A stretch of DNA of 64,000 nucleotides from Candidatus Poseidoniaceae archaeon (GTDB taxonomy: Archaea > Thermoplasmatota > Poseidoniia > Poseidoniales > Poseidoniaceae). The stretch covers positions 13,763 through 77,762 of the forward strand of contig JAOMOG010000005.1 in assembly GCA_028353405.1 (NCBI GenBank). Direction: 5' to 3'. The position numbers and the translations under genes were made by a program. This document shows positions 10,703 to 19,141 of the stretch, one piece after another. The stretch's first letter is position 1; each line of letters starts with the position of its first letter. The notes under the pieces were generated by a model that was not told the DNA's origin, did no database searches, and saw only the letters and a list, made by a program, of their open reading frames with translations.

Positions 10703-10910
10703 TTAATTGCACCCCTTCAGGTTTTATGCTTAAAGCAAAAACGGGACACGAGGGGATACATAGTTCACAATGGGTGCATTTTTCTTCCTCGACAACAACC
10801 AATCTATCCTTTAATTCAATTATGTTAATTGGACATAAAGCTATACATGCAGCGCAACCATAACATAAATCTTCATCGATGATGAAAATATGGTCTGCTA
10901 TACGTGCCAT
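10695..10910 (-). CDS. 2x[4Fe-4S] ferredoxin
   Basis: Two CxxCxxCxxxCP clusters: CYGCAACIALCP and CTHCELCIPSCP. 71 aa. Confidence 0.75.
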   Translation of the reverse strand: MARIADHIFIIDEDLCYGCAACIALCPINIIELKDRLVVVEEEKCTHCELCIPSCPVFALSIKPEGVQLNV

Positions 10911-11386
10911 TACCTCTTGCCAGATGATTATTATAGATGGTTTCTTTGTCCAGTGGCAATTGGATTTAATTGATTTTGCTAGGATTTTTAAATTTTCAAA
11001 TAAAGGTTGCCGATGTCCATTGCAGAGAAAATAAGAAAACTAAAAAGAAGATATATTGATTAGAAATAAAAATAAATATTGTTTGCATTGGAATTATAAA
11101 GATTAAGAAAGATAGTGAAAAGAGAATATGTCACCACACCCCTTTGTTTCCTATGGAGATATTTAGTGATCGTTAACGAAAGTAAGGTAGATATGATGAT
11201 TGTAGATAACGAAAGTAAGGATTAGAAGATATGGTCGCGAGAGGTTATTGAAGTTATAGATTAAAGATGAATGGAAAAAATATTTACAAATTTTAAAATT
11301 AGGCTGCAGTGGAAATTAAGGGGTCTGGGTGAAACAAATTATACCACAGGTTCTTTTGACATCGACATTAGGGTTGGTTGATTGAT

Positions 11387-12721
11387 ATGGTATTATATGC
11401 ACCAGGAAGAACTTCATCATATCCTGAAAACCCTCCAAAAAAGGGGTTAAGATATCATTACTTGGGTGGTGGTGATGAAGTTGGTAACGTTGGTATTATG
11501 CTTGAAGATGCTAAATCAACTCGTCTTTTATTAGATTACGGATTAGCTCCAACAAATCCTCCTCGCTATCCTTCAGAAGCACCTATGGTAAAGGATGCAA
11601 TAATTACCCATTCTCATATTGATCATCTTGGAATGGCTCCTTGGTTATGTGCTAATCACCGAACCAAATTACACGGAACTGCTTTAACAGCAGAAATATC
11701 TAATTTAATGTGGCATGATTGTTACAAAGTAAGTTCGATAGAAAAATATCCATTAGCTTGGGATAAAAGAGATATAGATACTGCATTAGAATCATGGCAA
11801 ATTCATGATTATAATAAAAAATGGCAACACGAAGATTGGCAATTATCTTTGCATAAAGCAGGGCATATTCCAGGTGCAGCTATGCTGGAAATAGAAACTC
11901 CAAACCGTAAGGTTCTGATGACTGGGGATTTTGATACTAGAGATTCTCCCCTAACCAGTGGTGCTAAACCAAGAAAGGTTGACACTGTTTTCCTTGAAGG
12001 CACATATGGGGGAAGAGATCATCCAGATATGCAACAAGAAATATTACGTTTCATGGATAGAATTCAACAAGTTGTTGATAGAGGTGGAACAGCATTAATT
12101 CCCGCCTTTGCTAATGGTAGAACCCAGGATATTGTAATGAATCTACACAAATATCTCCCACATCTTGACGTTCATGTCGATGGTATGGGTAAGAGAATTG
12201 CCAAATTACAAATGCAACACCCAGAATCTTTGAAAGACCCTGCAGCCCTCGAATCTTCTTGGCGCTGGTCTCGACAAGTTTCTAGTAAATCTGATAAAAA
12301 GAAAGCTTTAGATTCTGATGTAATAGTTACCACTTCAGGAATGCTAGAGGGCGGCCCAGCACTTTGGTATCTCAACAGACTTCGTCACGATAATAAGAAT
12401 GCAATTTTACAAACAGGCTATCAGGCTAGCAATACTGGTGGTAGAATGTTACAAGACAAAGGTCAACTTCGAATCTTTGGTAAAATGACAGAAATACCTC
12501 TTGAATTAGATCAATTCACATTCTCTACCCATGCAGGTCACAAAGAAATTGTTGAATTTGCTAAAGCATGTGAAGCTGAAGAAGTTGTTGTTTACCACAC
12601 AGATCCAAATCACGCCCGTCCACCATTGGTCGAGGCATTAGAAGCAAATGGCCATATTGTTCACACTCCAGTGAATGGTGTTTCTGAATTTTTAGGTGAA
12701 GAATATAGCCGAAGTAATTGA
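11387..12721 (+). CDS. metallo-beta-lactamase / beta-CASP ribonuclease (aCPSF2-like)
   Basis: HSHIDHLG (HxHxDH), downstream GHIPGAA, and a C-terminal HAGHKE-type motif. Size is ~445 aa. Start set to the ATG at 11387. Confidence 0.7.
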   Translation: MVLYAPGRTSSYPENPPKKGLRYHYLGGGDEVGNVGIMLEDAKSTRLLLDYGLAPTNPPRYPSEAPMVKDAIITHSHIDHLGMAPWLCANHRTKLHGTALTAEISNLMWHDCYKVSSIEKYPLAWDKRDIDTALESWQIHDYNKKWQHEDWQLSLHKAGHIPGAAMLEIETPNRKVLMTGDFDTRDSPLTSGAKPRKVDTVFLEGTYGGRDHPDMQQEILRFMDRIQQVVDRGGTALIPAFANGRTQDIVMNLHKYLPHLDVHVDGMGKRIAKLQMQHPESLKDPAALESSWRWSRQVSSKSDKKKALDSDVIVTTSGMLEGGPALWYLNRLRHDNKNAILQTGYQASNTGGRMLQDKGQLRIFGKMTEIPLELDQFTFSTHAGHKEIVEFAKACEAEEVVVYHTDPNHARPPLVEALEANGHIVHTPVNGVSEFLGEEYSRSN

Positions 12722-12723
12722 AT

Positions 12724-13032
12724 ATGACAACCACGAGGGGGGGACAGATTGACATGGCTGAAAGAGGACCAAAACCTAAGAAAAAGAAGCGTAAGATGCG
12801 CCTTTCCTTGAAACAAAAGAAAATGAAGAAGGTCGATACCTATACCGATTCACTCGGTTGGTCAACAGATGTTGGACGTACTCTAACCGATACTCCAGAG
12901 AAGAAGGGCCCAGAAACCCTTACAGTACAATGTACAATGTGTGGTTCAATGTTGAAAATCCCTAAGCCAAAGAAGGCTAAGTACACAGTTTCCTGCGCAT
13001 ATCCAGAATGTGGAAACATTATGGAATTCTGA
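12724..13032 (+). CDS. small Lys-rich basic protein with C-terminal zinc ribbon
   Basis: KPKKKKRKMRLSLKQKKMKK tract, then CTMCG...CAYPECG (CxxC...CxxxC). Starts immediately after the beta-CASP stop codon. Confidence 0.4.
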   Translation: MTTTRGGQIDMAERGPKPKKKKRKMRLSLKQKKMKKVDTYTDSLGWSTDVGRTLTDTPEKKGPETLTVQCTMCGSMLKIPKPKKAKYTVSCAYPECGNIMEF

Positions 13033-13041
13033 AACCTATCA

Positions 13042-13830
13042 TTAAGTCCAGGTGCTTAATAATTCCACTACCTGCTTTAATGCAGCTAGTAGAAGCACAG
13101 AAACCAATAATCTACGAACGGTCTGTTGTGATAAAACATCAGCACCAACTTTTGCACCAAACACCCCACCAACAATTACAGCCATGCTAAATGGTAACAA
13201 AACTGCAACATCAAGAACTATTTGTCCAGAAAGGGTGCTACCGATCAATCCAGCTGCAGAATTTAACCAGATGAAAGCAGCGGCAACTCCAGCAGTAGTT
13301 TTCACATCACCCCAGCCAAATAACAAGATAATTGGTGAAAGGAAAATTCCACCACCAATTCCAATAATTCCACTTAATAAACCAATAATCAATCCGACAA
13401 TTGCAGCAATATGATGAGCCGGCGGTTCAACAAAAATATCTTCTGAATCTTTGTTTTTTATTGTCATCAACCGCCATGCTGCGAAGATTAAAGTCAGCGA
13501 TAATAAAGTGTCATATATACTATGATCAACCTTTAGATAACCACCAATTATCGCTGCTGGTATACTGGTAACGAGGAATGGAAGAGTTAACTTCCAACTG
13601 AAGTAACCTGAACGTTTGTATGCAATAAATGCAAGTCCAGCGACTATTAAATTCAAACTCCAAGCGTGCTGTTTTAGCCAAGCCGAATCTTGGGAAGCGT
13701 AGGCGGTGAGTGATAAAATCGCCAAATAACCTGAAGCCCCACCATGACCAACACTCGCGTAAAGAAAAGCTACCAAACAAAGCGCTATGAGGAGAAGGCC
13801 TGTTGTAAACACCTCCATACCCCTTCCCAA
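13042..13830 (-). CDS. TauE/SafE-family anion exporter-like membrane protein (second copy)
   Basis: 262 aa, multi-TM, with GHGGASGYL and IGIGGGIFLSPIIL motifs typical of the family. Confidence 0.6.
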   Translation of the reverse strand: MGRGMEVFTTGLLLIALCLVAFLYASVGHGGASGYLAILSLTAYASQDSAWLKQHAWSLNLIVAGLAFIAYKRSGYFSWKLTLPFLVTSIPAAIIGGYLKVDHSIYDTLLSLTLIFAAWRLMTIKNKDSEDIFVEPPAHHIAAIVGLIIGLLSGIIGIGGGIFLSPIILLFGWGDVKTTAGVAAAFIWLNSAAGLIGSTLSGQIVLDVAVLLPFSMAVIVGGVFGAKVGADVLSQQTVRRLLVSVLLLAALKQVVELLSTWT

Positions 13831-13959
13831 GGTTAGTTAGATGAATAGATTGTCGCCAAATTCATAGACTAGGGATGATAAATTTCTATTTCAGATATCC
13901 TTTAATTTTTATTTTACCGACCCACATCCTCAAACCAATCAATCATCCCGCCAATAATT

Positions 13960-15171
13960 ATGGGGGAAGTTCCATATTTCGTATCTTTAGACGAAGCGGT
14001 ACGCATTGCCAAACAAACCCCACTCACATTAGACAACGAAACACTATCATTAGACGATGCACATGGTCGTATATTGGCAACCGATTTAATCAGTAAAGTC
14101 GATGATCCAGCCTTTGATAATTCAGCAATGGATGGTTTCGCAATGCGATTTGAAGACACATTAAATCCTCCAAGTATTCTAAAAATAACAGGTCTATCCC
14201 AAGCAGGATCTGATATTGAATCCTCTAACGTAGAATTGGGAAGCGCCTATCGAATAATGACTGGCGCACCAATTCCAAACGGCGCAGACTCAATATTGCA
14301 AATTGAATTATGCGAAGTCGATGAGAAAAAACAATCAGTCACACTACTCCAACAATCCAAAAAACACTTCATTCGTAAAAAAGGAGAGAATTTACAAAAA
14401 GGGCAGGTTGCACTATCAAAGGGTTCAATATTAACTCCGAGCAAAATCGGACTTTGTGCTACAATGGGTTATGCCGAAGTTCCAGTAGTCTCTAAAGCAA
14501 AAGTTGCAATTATATCTACTGGAGATGAATTAATTTCTCCAGGTCAACCACTTCAACCTGGCCAGTTATACGAATCTAATTCATTTGGATTAGCAGGACT
14601 TGTAAAATGGCTAGGACACCAACCACACAGATTCAACGCAGTACCAGATACAATTAACGAATTGAGAACAGCTCTTGATGAAGCGGCAAAAACCTGCGAC
14701 CTCATTCTAACATCTGGTGGAGTGAGTATGGGGGATTGGGATTTGGTTCGAAAGATCATGCAAGAAGAAGGAGACCTCAATTTCTGGAGAGTCAAAATCA
14801 GACCAGGCTCTCCCCCATTATTTGGAACATGGAAAGGAACTCCAATTTTTGGCCTTCCAGGGAATCCAGTAAGTAGCCATGTAGTTTTCAGAATGATAGT
14901 AGCACCTTGGCTGCGTCACGCAACTTCCGCTACAGGACCAACAGAAACCTCAGTACGCGTAAAGCTGGCAGATAAAATAAAATCAACAGACGATTGTATG
15001 ACTCTTAGAAGAATACAAATTCACAGTACTGAGGAAGGTCTGGTCGGCACACAAAGCAGCCACCAGGGCTCAGGTAATTTGGAAAGTTTAGCTAGTGCAG
15101 ACGCATTAACTCTACTACAGCCAGGCCAGAAGGCCGAGGTTGGGGTGTGGATAGACGCACTCATATTATGA
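13960..15171 (+). CDS. moeA: molybdopterin molybdenumtransferase MoeA
   Basis: PAFDNSAMDGFA, TGAPIP, ISTGDEL, SGGVSMGDWD and GLPGNPVSS, which are canonical MoeA motifs. 403 aa. Confidence 0.85.
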   Translation: MGEVPYFVSLDEAVRIAKQTPLTLDNETLSLDDAHGRILATDLISKVDDPAFDNSAMDGFAMRFEDTLNPPSILKITGLSQAGSDIESSNVELGSAYRIMTGAPIPNGADSILQIELCEVDEKKQSVTLLQQSKKHFIRKKGENLQKGQVALSKGSILTPSKIGLCATMGYAEVPVVSKAKVAIISTGDELISPGQPLQPGQLYESNSFGLAGLVKWLGHQPHRFNAVPDTINELRTALDEAAKTCDLILTSGGVSMGDWDLVRKIMQEEGDLNFWRVKIRPGSPPLFGTWKGTPIFGLPGNPVSSHVVFRMIVAPWLRHATSATGPTETSVRVKLADKIKSTDDCMTLRRIQIHSTEEGLVGTQSSHQGSGNLESLASADALTLLQPGQKAEVGVWIDALIL

Positions 15172-15180
15172 GGTGAAATT

Positions 15181-16068
15181 ATGCAATATAGTAGTGATGA
15201 AGAAAGTAATTTGTTGGAAGTTTTGGTTAAACTATTTCCACAATCTAGCAAATCAACATTGCGTAAAATGCTAACCAGTGGCAGGGTCATAGTCGACGGG
15301 AAAGTGTGCAATCGCGCTAAACATGAAGTTGTAGTAGGGACTAATATTGAAATTTTAGATAAGGTCAAAGCCGCTGAAGAATCACCATCACCAAGATCTC
15401 AATATAATGGTCCAAAAATTGACATCATCTATGAAGATGAGGCAATATTGGTTGTCATCAAACCAGAAGGGATGCTATCTATTGCAACCAATAAATTAGA
15501 AACCGACACACTTCATTCTCGCTGTGTTGATTATGTACAATTTAGTGGTGAAAGAAATTGGTGTCATATTGTCCACCGTTTAGATCGAGACACATCTGGG
15601 GTGATGGTTTTCGCCAAGAATAAACAACACAAAGAAACACTACAACAACAATTCGCAGAGCGTAGTGTACACCGTACATACCACGCTCTTGTAGAAGGTC
15701 GCCCGGAGAAAGACTCAGGAACAGTTTCTGCTTGGCTAGCAGAGGATAAACACCTTCATGTTAGAAAGGTAAGTTCAACTTATCAAGGTGCAAAAAAAGC
15801 AATTACACATTGGGATGTTGAAGATAGTGACGACCACGTCTCACTCATCCACATTACTATCGATACTGGAAAAAGACATCAAATTCGGATGGCGATGAAA
15901 GAGTTGGGTTGCCCAGTTGTTGGTGATGAATTACACGAGTCTTCGGCCAATCCACTAAATCGCGTTTGTTTACACGCGACATCATTGGAATTCCTTCACC
16001 CACAAAGCGATGACCCAGTGCGTTTCTCATCAAAAATTCCTTTCACCGGCCCTGAATCTCAAAGATGA
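15181..16068 (+). CDS. RluA/RluD-family pseudouridine synthase with N-terminal S4 domain
   Basis: HRLDRDTSGVMVFAK contains the catalytic Asp. Also GKRHQIR, and an S4-like N-terminus. Confidence 0.8.
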   Translation: MQYSSDEESNLLEVLVKLFPQSSKSTLRKMLTSGRVIVDGKVCNRAKHEVVVGTNIEILDKVKAAEESPSPRSQYNGPKIDIIYEDEAILVVIKPEGMLSIATNKLETDTLHSRCVDYVQFSGERNWCHIVHRLDRDTSGVMVFAKNKQHKETLQQQFAERSVHRTYHALVEGRPEKDSGTVSAWLAEDKHLHVRKVSSTYQGAKKAITHWDVEDSDDHVSLIHITIDTGKRHQIRMAMKELGCPVVGDELHESSANPLNRVCLHATSLEFLHPQSDDPVRFSSKIPFTGPESQR

Positions 16069-16132
16069 TGTTAGGGCTCTGTTTAGGGAGGACTTCTTGA
16101 ACCCTTGACGCGCCCAGTTAATTGGTGAGGTA

Positions 16133-19069
16133 ATGAGTGAGCCCGGCGATGCAGGATGGATTGAGGTAAAGGGTGCTAGAACTCATAACCTACAAGACAT
16201 TGATGTCAAATTACCAAAGGGTCAATTTGTCGTTATTTCTGGAGTTTCCGGCTCGGGGAAGTCTAGTTTAGCGTTTGACACATTATACGCAGAAGGACAA
16301 CGACGTTATGTCGAAAGCCTCTCATCATATGCGCGACAGTTTATTGGGCAAATGAAAAAAGCAGATTGTGATTCAATCGAGGGCCTTTCTCCAGCAATTT
16401 CCATTGATCAAAAACAAGGCAGTCACAATCCACGTTCAACCGTTGCAACCGTCACTGAAATTCAAGATTACTTACGATTACTATGGGCTCGAATCGGCAA
16501 ACCACACTGTCCACAATGTGGTCGCGAAGTTGCTAGACGTACTGTTCAAGAGATTGTAGATGATATTATGTGGAATATGGAGGGCCATGCAGTTGCAGTT
16601 TGGAGTCCAATAGTACGTTCTAGAAAAGGAACTCATCTTGATTTATTCCGCCAGTTAATTGAGCAAGGATATCTTAATGGGAAAGTCAATGGACACGAAG
16701 TGGAATTTGAAAACCCTCCTCAATTGGATAAAAACTTCCGTCACGATATAGATGTTCGAATAGACCGCGTCACCTGTACCAAAGACCGCCGTCAGCGTCT
16801 GACAGAAGCCGTAGAATCTGCAATTAAACTAGGAGGTGGAACTACAGCGATCGAAAGTTTAAGAGAGCCACCTGAAGAAATGAAGCTCAGTGAAGGAACT
16901 CGCTCTCGCTTTACCAAAGAGGGAGAAACCGTTGCATGGTCGGAAGATTTTGCATGCCCAGATCATGGTGCTTTCATGCCCGAATTATCACCACGAGTGT
17001 TCTCATTCAATTCACCCCTGGGTGCATGTAGTTCTTGTCAGGGTCTCGGAGTACAACGTCAATTTAATCAGCAATTGATCATCGATAAACACGCTAGTGT
17101 TTCCAAAGGCTGTATCGTTCCATGGCGCCAATCTATGTCTCCATCATGGTATAGGAAATTAATGGAAAATACTTGCCAGCATTATGGGATATCTACAACA
17201 GCACCATTTGAACTATTGAATGATGATGAGAAAGACATACTTTTGTATGGTTCTGGCTCAACCATAATCCATTACAAATTCACTAGTGAATCCGGCTCAC
17301 AATACAACTACAGTAAACCATGGGAAGGAGTAATACCGCGCCTTCAAAAAACCTACACTGAAACAACCTCCGAACGAACCCGTTCACGCCTAATTTCCTG
17401 CATGACCGACTTAGATTGTTCGGAGTGTAATGGTGAAAAACTCAACGCAGCAGCTCGCTTTGTAACAGTGGGTGGTATTCGTCTTCCAGAAGTAAGTAAT
17501 TGTTCAGTTCACGATGCATTATCAGTGATTAGGTCATGGCAACCAGATGGAGAAGGAGCTCCAGAAGCCTTTGCCGACATGATGGAAATACTCGACGAAA
17601 GAAGCCTCTATATCGGTAAAGATATTTTGGCAGAAATAGAATCAAGATTAGGATTCCTCGATAGTGTGGGATTAGACTATCTAACTTTGGATAGGGGGGC
17701 CAATACGCTTTCAGGTGGCGAAAGCCAAAGAATCCGTCTTGCAACCCAAATCGGCTCAAGATTAACCGGGGTGATGTATGTTCTCGATGAACCCTCTATC
17801 GGTTTACATCAACGCGATAATGCGAGATTATTGGAAACACTACGAGATCTAAGTAACCTTGGAAATACTCTACTCGTAGTTGAACACGATGAAGAAACCA
17901 TCCGCCAAGCGGATTGGCTTTGTGACTTAGGCCCAGGTGCTGGACTAGAGGGTGGACGAGTCGTTGCTAATGGACCGCCTTTGGAGGTAATGGCCAATGA
18001 AGAATCTGTGACTCTTGCCTACCTTAGTGGTAGAAAATCAATACCAGTACCATCTTCGCGTAAGAAACCAACCAGTAAAATATTAGAAATCAAAGGAGCA
18101 ACTCACAATAATTTACAGTCGATTGATGTCCAGTTCCCATTGGGTTGTTTGACCGCAGTAACTGGCGTATCAGGTTCAGGAAAATCATCCTTAGTCTCTG
18201 GAATTTTAGCACCTGCGCTGAAACGAAGTTTACACAATGCCGATTCAGTCGTCGGTAGCCATCACAAAATAGAGGGGATGGAATATGTTGACAAAGCGAT
18301 CGTCATCAACCAAGCTCCAATCGGTAGAACGCCTCGTTCAAATCCCGCGACATATACCAAAGTGTTTGATGAGATTCGCATTTTATTTTCTAAGACAACA
18401 CTAGCCAAAGAACGCGGTTATACTCCTGGAACCTTTTCCTTCAACGTCAAAGGAGGCCGCTGTGAAGCCTGCAGGGGTGGTGGCGCAATAAAGTTAGAAA
18501 TGAATTTCTTACCAGACGTATGGATGACTTGTGATATTTGTGATGGCAAGCGCTATACTCGCGAATGTTTGGAAGTTACTTGGAAGGGTAAGACTATTCA
18601 TGATGTATTGAAAATGGCAGTCGGTGAAGCGGTCAATTTCTTTGAACATCACAAGAAGATACATCGTACATTGATGACACTCAGCACCGTCGGCCTTGAT
18701 TATATTAGATTGGGCCAACCTGCAACAACACTTTCCGGTGGAGAAGCGCAGAGAGTGAAACTTGCTAGTGAGTTAAGAAGAACTCCAAATAAGCATACTG
18801 TTTACATTCTTGATGAACCAACCACCGGCCTAGCATTTTCAGATGTTAAGAAATTAATTGAAGTATTATTTGAACTGAGAGACAAGGGCCATACCATCAT
18901 CGTCATCGAACATCATCTTGATGTGGTCAAGTCTAGCGACTGGGTTATTGATTTGGGTCCAGAAGGAGGAGAACGCGGTGGTCAATTACTTGTAAAAGGT
19001 ACACCGGAAGACATTGCAGCGCATAAAGAGAGTTTTACAGGGCAATATTTAGCACAGATGTTACAGTGA
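16133..19069 (+). CDS. uvrA: excinuclease ABC subunit A
   Basis: 978 aa. Two ABC modules (GVSGSGKSSLAFDTLYAEGQRRYVESLSSYARQF and a second GVSGSGKSSLV). Two LSGGE signatures and Cys4 zinc modules. Confidence 0.95.
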   Translation: MSEPGDAGWIEVKGARTHNLQDIDVKLPKGQFVVISGVSGSGKSSLAFDTLYAEGQRRYVESLSSYARQFIGQMKKADCDSIEGLSPAISIDQKQGSHNPRSTVATVTEIQDYLRLLWARIGKPHCPQCGREVARRTVQEIVDDIMWNMEGHAVAVWSPIVRSRKGTHLDLFRQLIEQGYLNGKVNGHEVEFENPPQLDKNFRHDIDVRIDRVTCTKDRRQRLTEAVESAIKLGGGTTAIESLREPPEEMKLSEGTRSRFTKEGETVAWSEDFACPDHGAFMPELSPRVFSFNSPLGACSSCQGLGVQRQFNQQLIIDKHASVSKGCIVPWRQSMSPSWYRKLMENTCQHYGISTTAPFELLNDDEKDILLYGSGSTIIHYKFTSESGSQYNYSKPWEGVIPRLQKTYTETTSERTRSRLISCMTDLDCSECNGEKLNAAARFVTVGGIRLPEVSNCSVHDALSVIRSWQPDGEGAPEAFADMMEILDERSLYIGKDILAEIESRLGFLDSVGLDYLTLDRGANTLSGGESQRIRLATQIGSRLTGVMYVLDEPSIGLHQRDNARLLETLRDLSNLGNTLLVVEHDEETIRQADWLCDLGPGAGLEGGRVVANGPPLEVMANEESVTLAYLSGRKSIPVPSSRKKPTSKILEIKGATHNNLQSIDVQFPLGCLTAVTGVSGSGKSSLVSGILAPALKRSLHNADSVVGSHHKIEGMEYVDKAIVINQAPIGRTPRSNPATYTKVFDEIRILFSKTTLAKERGYTPGTFSFNVKGGRCEACRGGGAIKLEMNFLPDVWMTCDICDGKRYTRECLEVTWKGKTIHDVLKMAVGEAVNFFEHHKKIHRTLMTLSTVGLDYIRLGQPATTLSGGEAQRVKLASELRRTPNKHTVYILDEPTTGLAFSDVKKLIEVLFELRDKGHTIIVIEHHLDVVKSSDWVIDLGPEGGERGGQLLVKGTPEDIAAHKESFTGQYLAQMLQ

Positions 19070-19112
19070 ATACTTCCGTATTGTTCAAAGAGCGTAGGCT
19101 ATGGCCTCCAAA

Positions 19113-19131
19113 CGCCCCCCATAGGGGGGCG
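19113..19131. other. perfect 8-bp G/C hairpin (CGCCCCCC-ATA-GGGGGGCG) between uvrA and purL
   Basis: Read directly from the sequence. It lies 44 nt after the uvrA stop and 11 nt before the purL ATG. It could act as a terminator or attenuator, or occlude the translation start. Function unknown. Confidence 0.3.
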
Positions 19132-19141
19132 GTGCATTCCC

